A stretch of 64,000 nt of DNA from Candidatus Magasanikbacteria bacterium UBA922 (GTDB lineage: Bacteria > Patescibacteriota > Patescibacteriia > Magasanikbacterales > UBA922), in assembly GCA_002293825.1 (NCBI GenBank), contig DBDW01000009.1, positions 26,170-90,169 of the forward strand, in the 5' to 3' direction. This document shows positions 33,465 through 43,232 of the stretch, in pieces. The notes below the pieces were generated by a model. The model was not told the DNA's origin. It made no database searches and saw nothing but the letters and a program-made list of their open reading frames with translations. Made by a program: the position numbers and the translations under genes. Numbering within the stretch: position 1 is the stretch's first letter; the number at the start of each line of letters is the position of its first letter.

Positions 33465-33564
33465 AAAATAAACAACCGCTTACGCGGTTGTTTTGTAATA
33501 TAAGTTAGTTGAGGGGTCGGACGCATTGTTGCAATCCGCCCCCTCTCGTCGACACACTAGCCCT

Positions 33565-34368
33565 CTACCGAAGGAGTTCATCCTTCAGCTTTCGAAGCCC
33601 GGGGACGTACGGAAGTCCTGTGGACAGAAACTTAGCATGAAGCGCACGCTTCAAGCCAACTAGTCCAGTCTTCTTGTAATCACTGCAAAAGTCGAGAAAA
33701 CACTCCCAACCCTGCGCGACAGCAAATGCACATTCCCGATCGTAGGCCTCGACCTCCCTCTTAAACCAAACTCTTACCACCTCATCACTCAGAGAATCAG
33801 TCACACGGAGCGGGCCGAATTCTTTCGATGCAGACTCCTCTCCATACTGACTCACAAATTCCTTGTACTGCAGATAATGTACATACTCATGCAGAACAAT
33901 GAGCTGAAGAAGTTGTTTAGGCGTCTGTGGATTATACATCGCTTGTAGCGATATGTGCATGATAGGTGTACTACCTTTCCCCTCGATAGAGCGAACCATG
34001 AACAATGCAATAGTCGCCCCGCCTCCAAGTCCATGGTCCTCGAGATTAAGCCAAAGAACGCGTTCGTCGATGAGACGGAACATATCCTCTCTGATCTCAC
34101 GATCAGGATGCGAGAGCACTAGATCCTTGAGAATCATACTCGGATCTTCACTCACGATCTTGCGAGGTACACTAGTTGCAGCCAGAACTTCGCACGAGTT
34201 CACGGGCTGATTTGAAGGAGGGCTACTGATCGTACCCCTCACACCCGCGCTCTTGGTCTGTGTAACCTCTTTAACGACCACCAACACGACCACGATGCCG
34301 AAGACGATGAGGAACCATTTCCACCACTCCTGATCACTGGAATTCTTGATGTTAGTACGACGAGCCAT
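33565..34368 (-). CDS. Orphan membrane-anchored zincin-like protein
   Basis: N-terminal TM; IVLHEYVHYLQ...REVEAY; AGGAG SD and own TTGACA-17-TATATT promoter. Confidence 0.75.
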   Translation of the reverse strand: MARRTNIKNSSDQEWWKWFLIVFGIVVVLVVVKEVTQTKSAGVRGTISSPPSNQPVNSCEVLAATSVPRKIVSEDPSMILKDLVLSHPDREIREDMFRLIDERVLWLNLEDHGLGGGATIALFMVRSIEGKGSTPIMHISLQAMYNPQTPKQLLQLIVLHEYVHYLQYKEFVSQYGEESASKEFGPLRVTDSLSDEVVRVWFKREVEAYDRECAFAVAQGWECFLDFCSDYKKTGLVGLKRALHAKFLSTGLPYVPGLRKLKDELLR

Positions 34369-34598
34369 GAGTTTCTCCTATCTTTGTTGATGAGCACCCT
34401 AATGAAGAACATTCTTCAAAGGGACCAAACAATATACCAGTTTTAAACATTTTTGTCAAGGTAAATACCTACCACCTTGACACAGCCAAAATCCTATAGT
34501 ATAGTTCTCTCATCAATCGGCCCCGGGCCGTTTTTAAAATACTGAATTTACGTCAGTAGCCTCAAAAACATTAACAACATCAGCTACCTTAAACCCAT

Positions 34599-34775
34599 AT
34601 GAATCTCATCACCTACGTCAAAGATTCAATTAGTGAGCTCAGAAAAGTAACCTGGCCTACAAAAAAACAAGCCATCAACTACACGATTATCGTGGTAGCG
34701 CTTGCAATCGGCATGGCACTCTTTTTTGCAATCCTAGACCAAATTCTCAATATCGGTCTTGGAAAACTTATTTAA
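34599..34775 (+). CDS. secE: Preprotein translocase subunit SecE (58 aa; below the ORF-track cutoff)
   Basis: MNLITYVKDSISELRKVTWPTKKQAINYTIIVV...; immediately upstream of nusG. Confidence 0.96.
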   Translation: MNLITYVKDSISELRKVTWPTKKQAINYTIIVVALAIGMALFFAILDQILNIGLGKLI

Positions 34776-34808
34776 TCTTACCTTTTAAGCATTTCAAGCC
34801 TTCCTACT

Positions 34809-35354
34809 ATGGCTAAGCAACAAAGCAATCTTGGTAAACGCTGGTACGTGATCCATACGTACAGTGGATATGAGGAAAATGTAAAACACAATCTCGAACA
34901 ACGTATCGAATCATTCGATATGCAAGATAAAATCTTCCAAGTACTCGTTCCAAAAGAAAAGAAAATCAAAATCAAAAATGGTAAACGCAATGTGGTCGAA
35001 GAAAAAATCTTCCCTGGATATGTACTTGTTGAAATGATTGTAACCGATGATTCATGGTATGTAGTACGAAATACTCCAAATGTAACAGGATTTATCGGTA
35101 CCGGCACCACTCCGACCCCTATCGATGCCAAAGAAATGCTCTCACTGAACAAGCGCATGGACGTAGCAGACCCAAGTCACAAGATCGACGTAGAAGTAAA
35201 TACGCCAGTTCGTATCGTTGATGGTCCGTTCAAAAACTTCGAAGGAAAAGTAGCAGAAGTCGACAGTTCACGAGGAAAAATCAAAGTATTGGTCAACATG
35301 TTTGGTCGCGAAACCCCAGTAGAACTCGACGCACTGCAAGTGAAAAAAATCTAA
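34809..35354 (+). CDS. nusG: Transcription termination/antitermination factor NusG
   Basis: WYVIHTYSGYE, FPGYVLV, KOW DGPF, FGRETPVEL. Confidence 0.98.
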   Translation: MAKQQSNLGKRWYVIHTYSGYEENVKHNLEQRIESFDMQDKIFQVLVPKEKKIKIKNGKRNVVEEKIFPGYVLVEMIVTDDSWYVVRNTPNVTGFIGTGTTPTPIDAKEMLSLNKRMDVADPSHKIDVEVNTPVRIVDGPFKNFEGKVAEVDSSRGKIKVLVNMFGRETPVELDALQVKKI

Positions 35355-35365
35355 CACAAATCTAC

Positions 35366-35488
35366 AGGCATATAATGCTTAAAAGGCATATAATGCTTAA
35401 AAGGCTTGAGAGAATAATACTTCTCCGCTTCTAAACCTTTTACGCATTTCTGCCTTATAAGCATCTAAATCCTTATAGGCCTTATACA
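35366..35488. repeat. 18-bp tandem duplication within a 9-nt-periodic imperfect inverted repeat
   Basis: AGGCATATAATGCTTAAA x2 (35366-35401), complementary arm CCTTTTACGCATTTCTGCCTT from 35436. Confidence 0.75.
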
Positions 35489-35496
35489 CTAATACT

Positions 35497-35919
35497 ATGG
35501 CAAAAAAAATCACAACCCAAATTAAACTCCAGATCGTGGGTGGCGCTGCAAACCCAGCACCTCCCGTAGGTCCAGCACTTGGACAGCACGGTCTCAATAT
35601 CCAGGACTTCTGTACAAAATTCAATGCAGCAACCCAGGACAAAAAAGGTGAAGTCGTACCAGTAATCATCAATGTATACGATGACAGAACATTTGACTTC
35701 ATCATGAAAGTAGCTCCAGCAAGTGAGCTTATCAAAAAAGTAGCAAAAATCAGTAAAGGCGCTGGCAATCCACTCAAAGAAAAAGTGGGAAAAATCACCC
35801 GAGCACAGCTCCGTGAAATTGCTGAGAAAAAAATGCCAGACCTCAATGCAAACGATATTGATGCGGCAATGAAAATCATCGAAGGAACCGCTCGTCAAAT
35901 GGGAGTAACCGTAGAATAA
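35497..35919 (+). CDS. rplK: 50S ribosomal protein L11
   Basis: [22 protein letters not shown]. Confidence 0.98.
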   Translation: MAKKITTQIKLQIVGGAANPAPPVGPALGQHGLNIQDFCTKFNAATQDKKGEVVPVIINVYDDRTFDFIMKVAPASELIKKVAKISKGAGNPLKEKVGKITRAQLREIAEKKMPDLNANDIDAAMKIIEGTARQMGVTVE

Positions 35920-36028
35920 TATTTGTCACACATTCAGCCCTGTACCACTCTGGTACAGGGTTTTGTTTTAGTATCATTACTTTCTGTAGTTTGGAAAAAA
36001 TGCTATACTTCGAACATAGTTTGTTTTT

Positions 36029-37405
36029 ATGAAAAAATTATCTCTCATTCTCACACTTGCGACAGCAGTAATAACACTTCACTCCCCTATCGCACACGCC
36101 TCGACCACCTGCTCACTCCGCATCAACTCAGCATACCAATCATCGCTCAGTAGTGATATTTATTATATTACAGAAAGTTGTACAAAACAGCTTTTCAGAA
36201 GTGAAGCTGATTTTTTGACCTATTTCAAATCTACAAGCGCGATCAATCGGATTGACGACCTGACGCTACGTGTGGTGCCAAACGATGTTGAAAAATATGT
36301 TCCTGCTCGAGCCATACCCGACACCACTCCTCCAAGCACAGGAAGTGGTAGTACAGGAAATTCCACAGGATCACAGGCCAGTGGACGCTCTGAGACACTC
36401 ATACTACGTGATGGATCAGTGATCAAATCACGAAACAATGCTAGTGTGTATCTCGTGATCAACAACGTAAAATATCACATCGCAAACGGAGAAACGTTTA
36501 CTGAGTTAGGATTACGCACACAATGGATCGAAATCGTTTCAGACACCGTACTCAACTCCATACCAACAGGCTCCGTGCTCAATATGTTCCCGAATAGCAA
36601 TCTTATGAGTGAGGCAGTCCCAAACTACATGCTCTTCAAAGACAAAAACAGTGCGCATATATATCGAGTAGAACCAAGTTCACAAGATCCAAAATATCAA
36701 GTACTGAGAAAAATCACTACCGAGGCTGCATTCAAGCGACTCAATTATCGTACAGATCGATTGCCTCAGGTCACGATATATCCTTTCAAAGAAATATCAC
36801 TCATCGGAATCAATGCAAAAACCATATTCCGAGAAGGAACTGATTTTACCACAAACACTGAACTCAGTTATCGAGGCACCTTTGCAGATATCATGAAAGA
36901 AAGACAGTCTGGTACAAACACCAATAGATTCGTACGAAAAGAAGTACGAGAAAAAATATATTATGAATATCCTTCCTCATACAAAGTGGTGAGAGGATTT
37001 TCATATACACGTGCGTTTGGAAATGAATATCTCGCGGGATTTATGAAATCAAGCTCTCCCGATGATGTGCTGTATATATCAATCATGCCCCTACCACAAA
37101 AAAGCAAACCATACACCGCCTCAGAACTTCGAGATGAATTAGATACCGCACACAAAAATACAGTTGGATTTGAACAATCTGATCTTATTCGAAAAAACTG
37201 GAGCACTGAAGCTAAAACACATACCACCCTCGGTCATGTAAAAATTACCACAACAGAATTCACAAATGGAAAATTCGAAACTCGAATCACCGTGCTGTAT
37301 AAAAACAATATATTCTCAGGTCTCATCAAGACCACCAATGCACGTAAACCAGAATTTGAAGAACTATTCTACCTCGTTGCAAGCACATTCAAAAGAACAA
37401 ATTAA
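36029..37405 (+). CDS. Secreted/surface protein with repeated extracellular domains
   Basis: Signal peptide ending AHA; three similar units (IYYI/VYLV/IYRV...F), Ser/Thr/Gly linker. Confidence 0.8.
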   Translation: MKKLSLILTLATAVITLHSPIAHASTTCSLRINSAYQSSLSSDIYYITESCTKQLFRSEADFLTYFKSTSAINRIDDLTLRVVPNDVEKYVPARAIPDTTPPSTGSGSTGNSTGSQASGRSETLILRDGSVIKSRNNASVYLVINNVKYHIANGETFTELGLRTQWIEIVSDTVLNSIPTGSVLNMFPNSNLMSEAVPNYMLFKDKNSAHIYRVEPSSQDPKYQVLRKITTEAAFKRLNYRTDRLPQVTIYPFKEISLIGINAKTIFREGTDFTTNTELSYRGTFADIMKERQSGTNTNRFVRKEVREKIYYEYPSSYKVVRGFSYTRAFGNEYLAGFMKSSSPDDVLYISIMPLPQKSKPYTASELRDELDTAHKNTVGFEQSDLIRKNWSTEAKTHTTLGHVKITTTEFTNGKFETRITVLYKNNIFSGLIKTTNARKPEFEELFYLVASTFKRTN

Positions 37406-37463
37406 AAAAGTACGACAACACCTGCATTAATATGATATACTGATCGATATAGCATTGCCTGTT

Positions 37464-38462
37464 ATGCACCATGTAATTAGACTCACGAGTATCGATCCTG
37501 AATTCCAATCAGGAATTGTCCGTTCACTCGAGTCGCACGACGTTGCTCTCTCTTCGACAACGATCGAAAATACACATATCGATTCAGACACCACCATTCT
37601 TGGTGTATTTGTCGATTCTATAGTCGACAAACGTGTGATCGATTCTATGCCCCGACTGATGCATATCGCCACATTTTCTACAGGCTTCGATCATATCGAT
37701 CTTGCATATGCAAGAAAGAAAAAGATAACGATCTCAAATGTGCCGACCTATGGAGAAAACACCGTCGCAGAACATGCGCTCGCCCTCCTTCTCGATCTTT
37801 CACGAAAAATATATCCTTCGATCAAACGAGTAAAGGAAGGTAGATATGATTATCACAATCTCCGTGGTTTTGATATCAGAGGAAAAACTATCGGAGTAGT
37901 AGGAACCGGACACATCGGCATTCATTTCATCAAACTTCTCTCAGGATTCGAAGCCCGTGTACTCGCATATGATGCATTCCCAAATCCAACATTAGAAAAA
38001 GAATACGGATTCACATACACCGCTCTCGATCGCCTACTAAAAGAATCGGATATAATTTCACTGCATGTACCACTACTTCCCTCGACCACCCATCTCATCA
38101 ATACTTCCGCAGTAAAAAAAATGAAACGAGGAACATATATTATCAATACTGCTCGAGGTGCGCTAATCGAACCTGAAGCACTTCTTAGCGGTCTACAAGA
38201 CGGCACTATCGCAGGCGCCGGACTTGATGTACTCGAAGAAGAATTAATCTTCAAAACACCGGAAAATATCATTCGTTTGAAAAACCCAAAAGAAATCAGA
38301 CATGCACTCATTGAAAATGCAATTATTGATCATCCACACACGATCATTACTCCTCATAACGCATTTAATAGTACCGAGGCACTCAATCGCATAATCGAAA
38401 CCGCGACCGAAAATATCAAAAACTTCATTGCAGGACTCCCTACCAATCTCGTACATAAATAA
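37464..38462 (+). CDS. D-isomer-specific 2-hydroxyacid dehydrogenase (D-lactate dehydrogenase-like)
   Basis: STGFDHID, VAEH, GVVGTGHIG, INTARG, LDVLEEE, TPHNAF. Confidence 0.92.
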   Translation: MHHVIRLTSIDPEFQSGIVRSLESHDVALSSTTIENTHIDSDTTILGVFVDSIVDKRVIDSMPRLMHIATFSTGFDHIDLAYARKKKITISNVPTYGENTVAEHALALLLDLSRKIYPSIKRVKEGRYDYHNLRGFDIRGKTIGVVGTGHIGIHFIKLLSGFEARVLAYDAFPNPTLEKEYGFTYTALDRLLKESDIISLHVPLLPSTTHLINTSAVKKMKRGTYIINTARGALIEPEALLSGLQDGTIAGAGLDVLEEELIFKTPENIIRLKNPKEIRHALIENAIIDHPHTIITPHNAFNSTEALNRIIETATENIKNFIAGLPTNLVHK

Positions 38463-38469
38463 ATACGAT

Positions 38470-39465
38470 ATGCGTGCAGAAACTCTCGGACACTCGTCAC
38501 TCGCCCATATCTATATCATCGTACTCATAAGCTCGCTCGCGATCGGACTCTTTCTCCCCACGTACGGTTCACTACTCTATCCCTTTGTCACCTACCTACT
38601 CGGTGCAATTTTCTTTTTTTCTGCACTCAAACTTCATGTGAAAGATATAATTGAGACCGCTCATGAATGGAAGACCATTGTACTCATCACCCTGCTAAAA
38701 CTAATACTCATCCCGATTGTAATCTACAGTCTCACCTCGATACTAATTCCTCATATTGCTTTTGCATTTCTACTACTCTCAGTAATGCCCACCGCCATGA
38801 CCGCGCCATTGTTTACTGCTATGGCTCACGGAAAACAAAGTCTATCGCTCGTGTTGTCGATTATTACATCTCTCATCGTACCGATCAGCGCACCATTCAT
38901 GATACGTTTTCTTGCACCAGCAAGTGTATCAATCGACATCGTAACTATGGGAATACGGATGGCACTCGTCATCGCAATCCCCATTCTAGCAGCCGAATTT
39001 ATCAAACATGCCACACCAAAAATTGGACAAAAATTGAGTACATTATCGCGCGGAGGATCTTTGACAGCACTCGGACTGTTGCTTATTGGAGTAATCTCAG
39101 TCAATGCAAAGATCATCATCGACACACTCATACAACACCCCTTTACGTATCTACTTCCTTTATGCGGACTATTTATTATCATGCACATAATGAGCTATTT
39201 TCTCTTTTCATGGCTATCGTATAAAAAACGTATCGCCGCTACAGTCTCAATTGCATACATGAATTTCACACTTGCAATCTATATCGCAACAACGTTCTTT
39301 CCAGACCCACACATTGTATTACCAATCATCATCTCTGCAATCCCCTGGAGTATCGCAATCATCCCATTTGCTGAATTTGCAGAACATCACGAACCCGAGA
39401 CTTCAAAAGCTAAAACCCTCACAAAAAGACCGAATCGAAAACGCGTCATCAAAAAACCTCAATAA
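38470..39465 (+). CDS. Bile acid:sodium symporter (BASS) family transporter
   Basis: About 9-10 TM segments, MPTAMTAP, MNFTLAI. Confidence 0.8.
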   Translation: MRAETLGHSSLAHIYIIVLISSLAIGLFLPTYGSLLYPFVTYLLGAIFFFSALKLHVKDIIETAHEWKTIVLITLLKLILIPIVIYSLTSILIPHIAFAFLLLSVMPTAMTAPLFTAMAHGKQSLSLVLSIITSLIVPISAPFMIRFLAPASVSIDIVTMGIRMALVIAIPILAAEFIKHATPKIGQKLSTLSRGGSLTALGLLLIGVISVNAKIIIDTLIQHPFTYLLPLCGLFIIMHIMSYFLFSWLSYKKRIAATVSIAYMNFTLAIYIATTFFPDPHIVLPIIISAIPWSIAIIPFAEFAEHHEPETSKAKTLTKRPNRKRVIKKPQ

Positions 39466-39515
39466 TACACCTTGACAATTGTCTTAAAATAGCGTATTCT
39501 CTCCGCATTATTCAC

Positions 39516-39556
39516 GTGGGACCTCGCCATATCATCTATGAGAGGGTTTGTACCAC
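39516..39556 (+). promoter_or_regulatory. Putative L1-binding autoregulatory leader
   Basis: GUGG-GA-CCUC...GAGG-GUUUGUA-CCAC resembles the L1 site; directly upstream of rplA, after its own TTGACA promoter. Confidence 0.6.
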
Positions 39557-39571
39557 TAACAAGGACTATTT

Positions 39572-40255
39572 ATGTCAAAACGCATGAAAGATCTTGCAAG
39601 CAAGATCGATGCATCAAAGGCATACACGCTTGATGAAGCGCTTGCCCTAGTAAAAGAGACGTCAAATGTAAAATTCGACGCATCTGTCGAAATCCATGCT
39701 CGTCTTGGAATCGATACTAAAAAGAGTGACCAACAAATTCGCTCTACCGTCGCCCTTCCTCACGGAACTGGTAAGACCAAAAGTGTAGCAGCTTTCGTAG
39801 GACCTAACGACGAAAAAGCTGCACAAGAAGCTGGTGCCGACTTCGTCTACGGAGAAAACGAAATCAAAGGAATTCAGTCAGGAACGGTAAAAATTACTTT
39901 CGATATCGCAATTGCGACCCCTGAAATGATGCCTAAACTCGCCATCGCTGCTAAAGTTTTGGGACCAAAAGGACTGATGCCTAACCCAAAAACTGGAACC
40001 GTTGATAAAGATGTCAAAAAAATGGTAACTGACCTCAAAAAAGGTAAAGTTGCATTCAAAAATGATGACACTGGAAACGTACACGCATCAATTGGTAAAG
40101 TAAGTTTTGAGACTGCAAAACTTAAAGAAAATTTCGAAAGCTTTATCGATGCTTTGAAAAAAGTAAAACCAAATTCTGCAAAAGGTACCTACCTCAAAGC
40201 GGTATACCTCACGAGCAGTATGGGACCAAGTATCAAAGTAGAAATCGCTCAGTAA
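39572..40255 (+). CDS. rplA: 50S ribosomal protein L1
   Basis: [33 protein letters not shown]. Confidence 0.98.
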   Translation: MSKRMKDLASKIDASKAYTLDEALALVKETSNVKFDASVEIHARLGIDTKKSDQQIRSTVALPHGTGKTKSVAAFVGPNDEKAAQEAGADFVYGENEIKGIQSGTVKITFDIAIATPEMMPKLAIAAKVLGPKGLMPNPKTGTVDKDVKKMVTDLKKGKVAFKNDDTGNVHASIGKVSFETAKLKENFESFIDALKKVKPNSAKGTYLKAVYLTSSMGPSIKVEIAQ

Positions 40256-40356
40256 AAAATCAATCAAAAAACCTGCCTATCTGGCGGGTTTTTTATTACT
40301 TGCCCCACCCCACTCGATTTGCTACACTTCAACTATTATTTTTATCTTTTGGGACT

Positions 40357-40860
40357 ATGTCTGACATCACCCAGACACACACACATCACAGACCGAGCTG
40401 GGATGAATATTTCATGGAAATTGCCCAAACCGTAGCAAAACGTGCGAGCTGCGATCGTGGACGATCGGGCTGTGTAATTGCAAAAGACAAACAAATTCTA
40501 GTAACGGGGTACGTGGGAGCAGCAGCAGGACTCCCACACTGTGATGAGGTGGGTCATCAGATGAAAACAATAACCCACGAAGACGGACGCCAGAGTCAAC
40601 ACTGTATGCGAACCACACATGCCGAACAAAATGCAATTGTACAAGCAGCACGTATCGGTGTCGCGATCAGTGGCTCAACGCTCTACTGCAAGATGACGCC
40701 CTGCGCTGCATGTGGACGTATGATTATCAATGCAGGAATCAAACGAGTTGTCTGTGAAAAAAGATACCACGCAGGAAGTGAATCAGAAGACATGTTTAAA
40801 AAAGTGGGAATTGAACTTGAGTATTTCAATGAAGAAGTAGAACACTATGCAAACCAATAA
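40357..40860 (+). CDS. dCMP deaminase (ComEB family)
   Basis: RPSWDEYFM, HAEQNAI, PCAAC. Confidence 0.93.
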   Translation: MSDITQTHTHHRPSWDEYFMEIAQTVAKRASCDRGRSGCVIAKDKQILVTGYVGAAAGLPHCDEVGHQMKTITHEDGRQSQHCMRTTHAEQNAIVQAARIGVAISGSTLYCKMTPCAACGRMIINAGIKRVVCEKRYHAGSESEDMFKKVGIELEYFNEEVEHYANQ

Positions 40861-41422
40861 AATCATTTTCGGATTCGTAGGAGACCTCGCCAGTGGAAAA
40901 GGAACTGCCGCAAAATATCTACAAGAAAAATACGGAGCGACCACCTACCGATTCTCGACGATGCTACGAGACATCCTCGACCGCGTATACGTACCAAAAT
41001 CGAGAGAAAATTTACAACAGCTCTCGACATTTCTTCGCGAATCATATGGACAAGATGTCATGAGCAGGGTTATCGCAGAAGATGTTGCGCGGGATAACAA
41101 CACACTCGTGATTGTCGAGGGAATCAGACGACCAAGCGATATTGAATATTTGAAAAAACTCGAAGGTTTTCATCTCGTATATTTAACGGGTGAGCCTCGC
41201 ATTAGATGGGAACGTCTCGTGGCACGAAAAGAAAATCCTGGAGACAGTGAAAAGACATTTGAAGAATTTCTAAGAGACGAACAAGCCGAGGCAGATAAGC
41301 TCATAAAAGAACTTGGAAACACAGCTCCTGACAAAATTGAAAACAATGGGGGATTCGACGAATTTTACCAAAAACTTGATACACTTGTTTCAACCTATGA
41401 ACATTACGATCAAACGAATTGA
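40847..41422 (+). CDS. P-loop nucleoside monophosphate kinase-like protein
   Basis: GDLASGKGT, VEGIRR, IENNG. Confidence 0.8.
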   Translation: MQTNKIIFGFVGDLASGKGTAAKYLQEKYGATTYRFSTMLRDILDRVYVPKSRENLQQLSTFLRESYGQDVMSRVIAEDVARDNNTLVIVEGIRRPSDIEYLKKLEGFHLVYLTGEPRIRWERLVARKENPGDSEKTFEEFLRDEQAEADKLIKELGNTAPDKIENNGGFDEFYQKLDTLVSTYEHYDQTN

Positions 41423-41831
41423 CCCCTCACTCCCTCTTCCTCAATATCAGACCAAGGGAGCAGTAGCCTTCGATCTCTACGCACGAATAGAGGATGTAAT
41501 CAAACCAAAAGAATTAAAACTTATTCCAACAAATCTCATCATTGAAACACCTGAAGGCTATATGCTGATGCTCGCCGCACGATCAAGTCTTGCGAAAAAA
41601 AAGGGGCTCATGATGGCAAATAGTGTAGGTATCATTGATCAAGACTATTGTGGAGATACTGATGAAATCGGACTAATGCTCTACAACTTCACCGACACCG
41701 ATGTTAGCATTGAAAAAGGTGAACGTCTCGCACAAGGAATGTTTGTAAAAATAGAGCGAGGAGAGTGGAATGAAGTTCAAGATATGAATACCAAAAATAG
41801 AGGAGGATTTGGAACAACCGGACAATTCTAA
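41397..41831 (+). CDS. dut: dUTPase (trimeric)
   Basis: AFDL, RSS, GIIDQDYCG, RLAQ, RGGFGTTG. Confidence 0.96.
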   Translation: MNITIKRIDPSLPLPQYQTKGAVAFDLYARIEDVIKPKELKLIPTNLIIETPEGYMLMLAARSSLAKKKGLMMANSVGIIDQDYCGDTDEIGLMLYNFTDTDVSIEKGERLAQGMFVKIERGEWNEVQDMNTKNRGGFGTTGQF

Positions 41832-41844
41832 ACTCACAATCACT

Positions 41845-42717
41845 ATGCAAGCCTATCTCGATCTCGTGCAAAAAATCCTCAACACCGGCGTCCTCAAATC
41901 AAATCGCACCGGAGTTGATGCATACGCAATCGCAGGAGCCATGTTTGAGCACGACATGTCGACAGGCTTTCCCTTACTTACCACAAAAAAAGTTCCATTC
42001 CGACTTGTTGCAAGCGAACTTGAATTTTTTATCAATGGAATTACAGATAAACAATGGTTGCAGGAAAGAAAAAACCACATTTGGGATGAATGGGCACGAC
42101 CTAGTAAAGCCCCATACGGACACGATGAGGTAAGTAAACAACGCATGCTCGAAGAACGAGATTTGGGACCAATCTATGGATTCCAGTGGCGTCATTTCGG
42201 AGCTCCCTATGAATCATACGACACCGATTACACCGGAAAAGGGGTAGACCAATTGAAACACGTGATCGAAAAATTAAAAACAAACCCAAATGATCGTCGA
42301 ATGATTGTAATGGCATGGAACCCTAGCATGCTTTCTGATATGGGACTACCTCCCTGTCATTATGGATTCCAAATCACCGTAATTAATGGAACATTAAATT
42401 TACTCTGGAACCAACGGTCGGTTGATGTCATGCTCGGACTACCTTTCAATATTGCAAGTTACGGACTTCTTCTTCATCTTCTTGCAAAAGAAACCGGACT
42501 AACAGAAGGAAAACTCGTAGGATTCTTAGCAGATGTCCATATCTATGAAAACCATGTCGATGGTGCCAAAGAACAGCTCACGAGAGATCCTCACAAATAT
42601 GGATTACCCACAATCAAAACCGAACCATTCACCTCAATTTTTGATTGGAAGTATACCGACAGTACCATAGAAAATTATGAAAGCTACCCTACCATTAAAT
42701 TTCCTATTGCAGTATGA
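41845..42717 (+). CDS. thyA: Thymidylate synthase
   Basis: FPLLTTKK, GPIYGFQWR, LPPCH, QRSVD, PFNIASY. Confidence 0.98.
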   Translation: MQAYLDLVQKILNTGVLKSNRTGVDAYAIAGAMFEHDMSTGFPLLTTKKVPFRLVASELEFFINGITDKQWLQERKNHIWDEWARPSKAPYGHDEVSKQRMLEERDLGPIYGFQWRHFGAPYESYDTDYTGKGVDQLKHVIEKLKTNPNDRRMIVMAWNPSMLSDMGLPPCHYGFQITVINGTLNLLWNQRSVDVMLGLPFNIASYGLLLHLLAKETGLTEGKLVGFLADVHIYENHVDGAKEQLTRDPHKYGLPTIKTEPFTSIFDWKYTDSTIENYESYPTIKFPIAV

Positions 42718-43184
42718 TTGCATTGATCGCAGCAATTTCAGAAAATAACTGTATCGGAAAATCGGGTACACTACCTTGGTATATTCCCGAAGATCTAAAA
42801 CGATTCAAAAAAATTACAACAGGTCATACCGTCCTCATGGGTAGAAAAACATGGGAATCGATTCCTGAAAAATTTCGCCCACTCCCAAATCGAAAAAATA
42901 TTGTAATAACCAGAAATACGACATATCCTGTTCCTGAAGATGTACAACGCTACCATTCAGTAGAAGAAGCACTAACGCATGAAAAGGGAGACATTATGAT
43001 CATTGGTGGCGCTGAGATATATGCACAATCAATCGATCAAGCTGACACACTCTACATTACCCATGTCCGCACCTTTATTGAAGATGGTACAGCTTTTTTC
43101 CCGACGATTGATCGGACCATCTGGAAAGAAACCGAACGTGAAGAACATGAGCACATATCGTTCGTTACATACAAAAAACAATAG
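42714..43184 (+). CDS. folA: Dihydrofolate reductase
   Basis: LPWYIPEDLKRFK, MGRKTWES, RPLPNR, IIGGAEIY. Confidence 0.97.
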   Translation: MIALIAAISENNCIGKSGTLPWYIPEDLKRFKKITTGHTVLMGRKTWESIPEKFRPLPNRKNIVITRNTTYPVPEDVQRYHSVEEALTHEKGDIMIIGGAEIYAQSIDQADTLYITHVRTFIEDGTAFFPTIDRTIWKETEREEHEHISFVTYKKQ

Positions 43185-43232
43185 ATAATATTTCAATCTT
43201 ACCAACCTCAATTTCCTGAATAATTTCACACT

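Noticed and set aside
33480-33567. Integron attC sites after orphan genes
   Set aside because: No RYYYAAC/GTTRRRY ends, no cassette array and no integrase in the window
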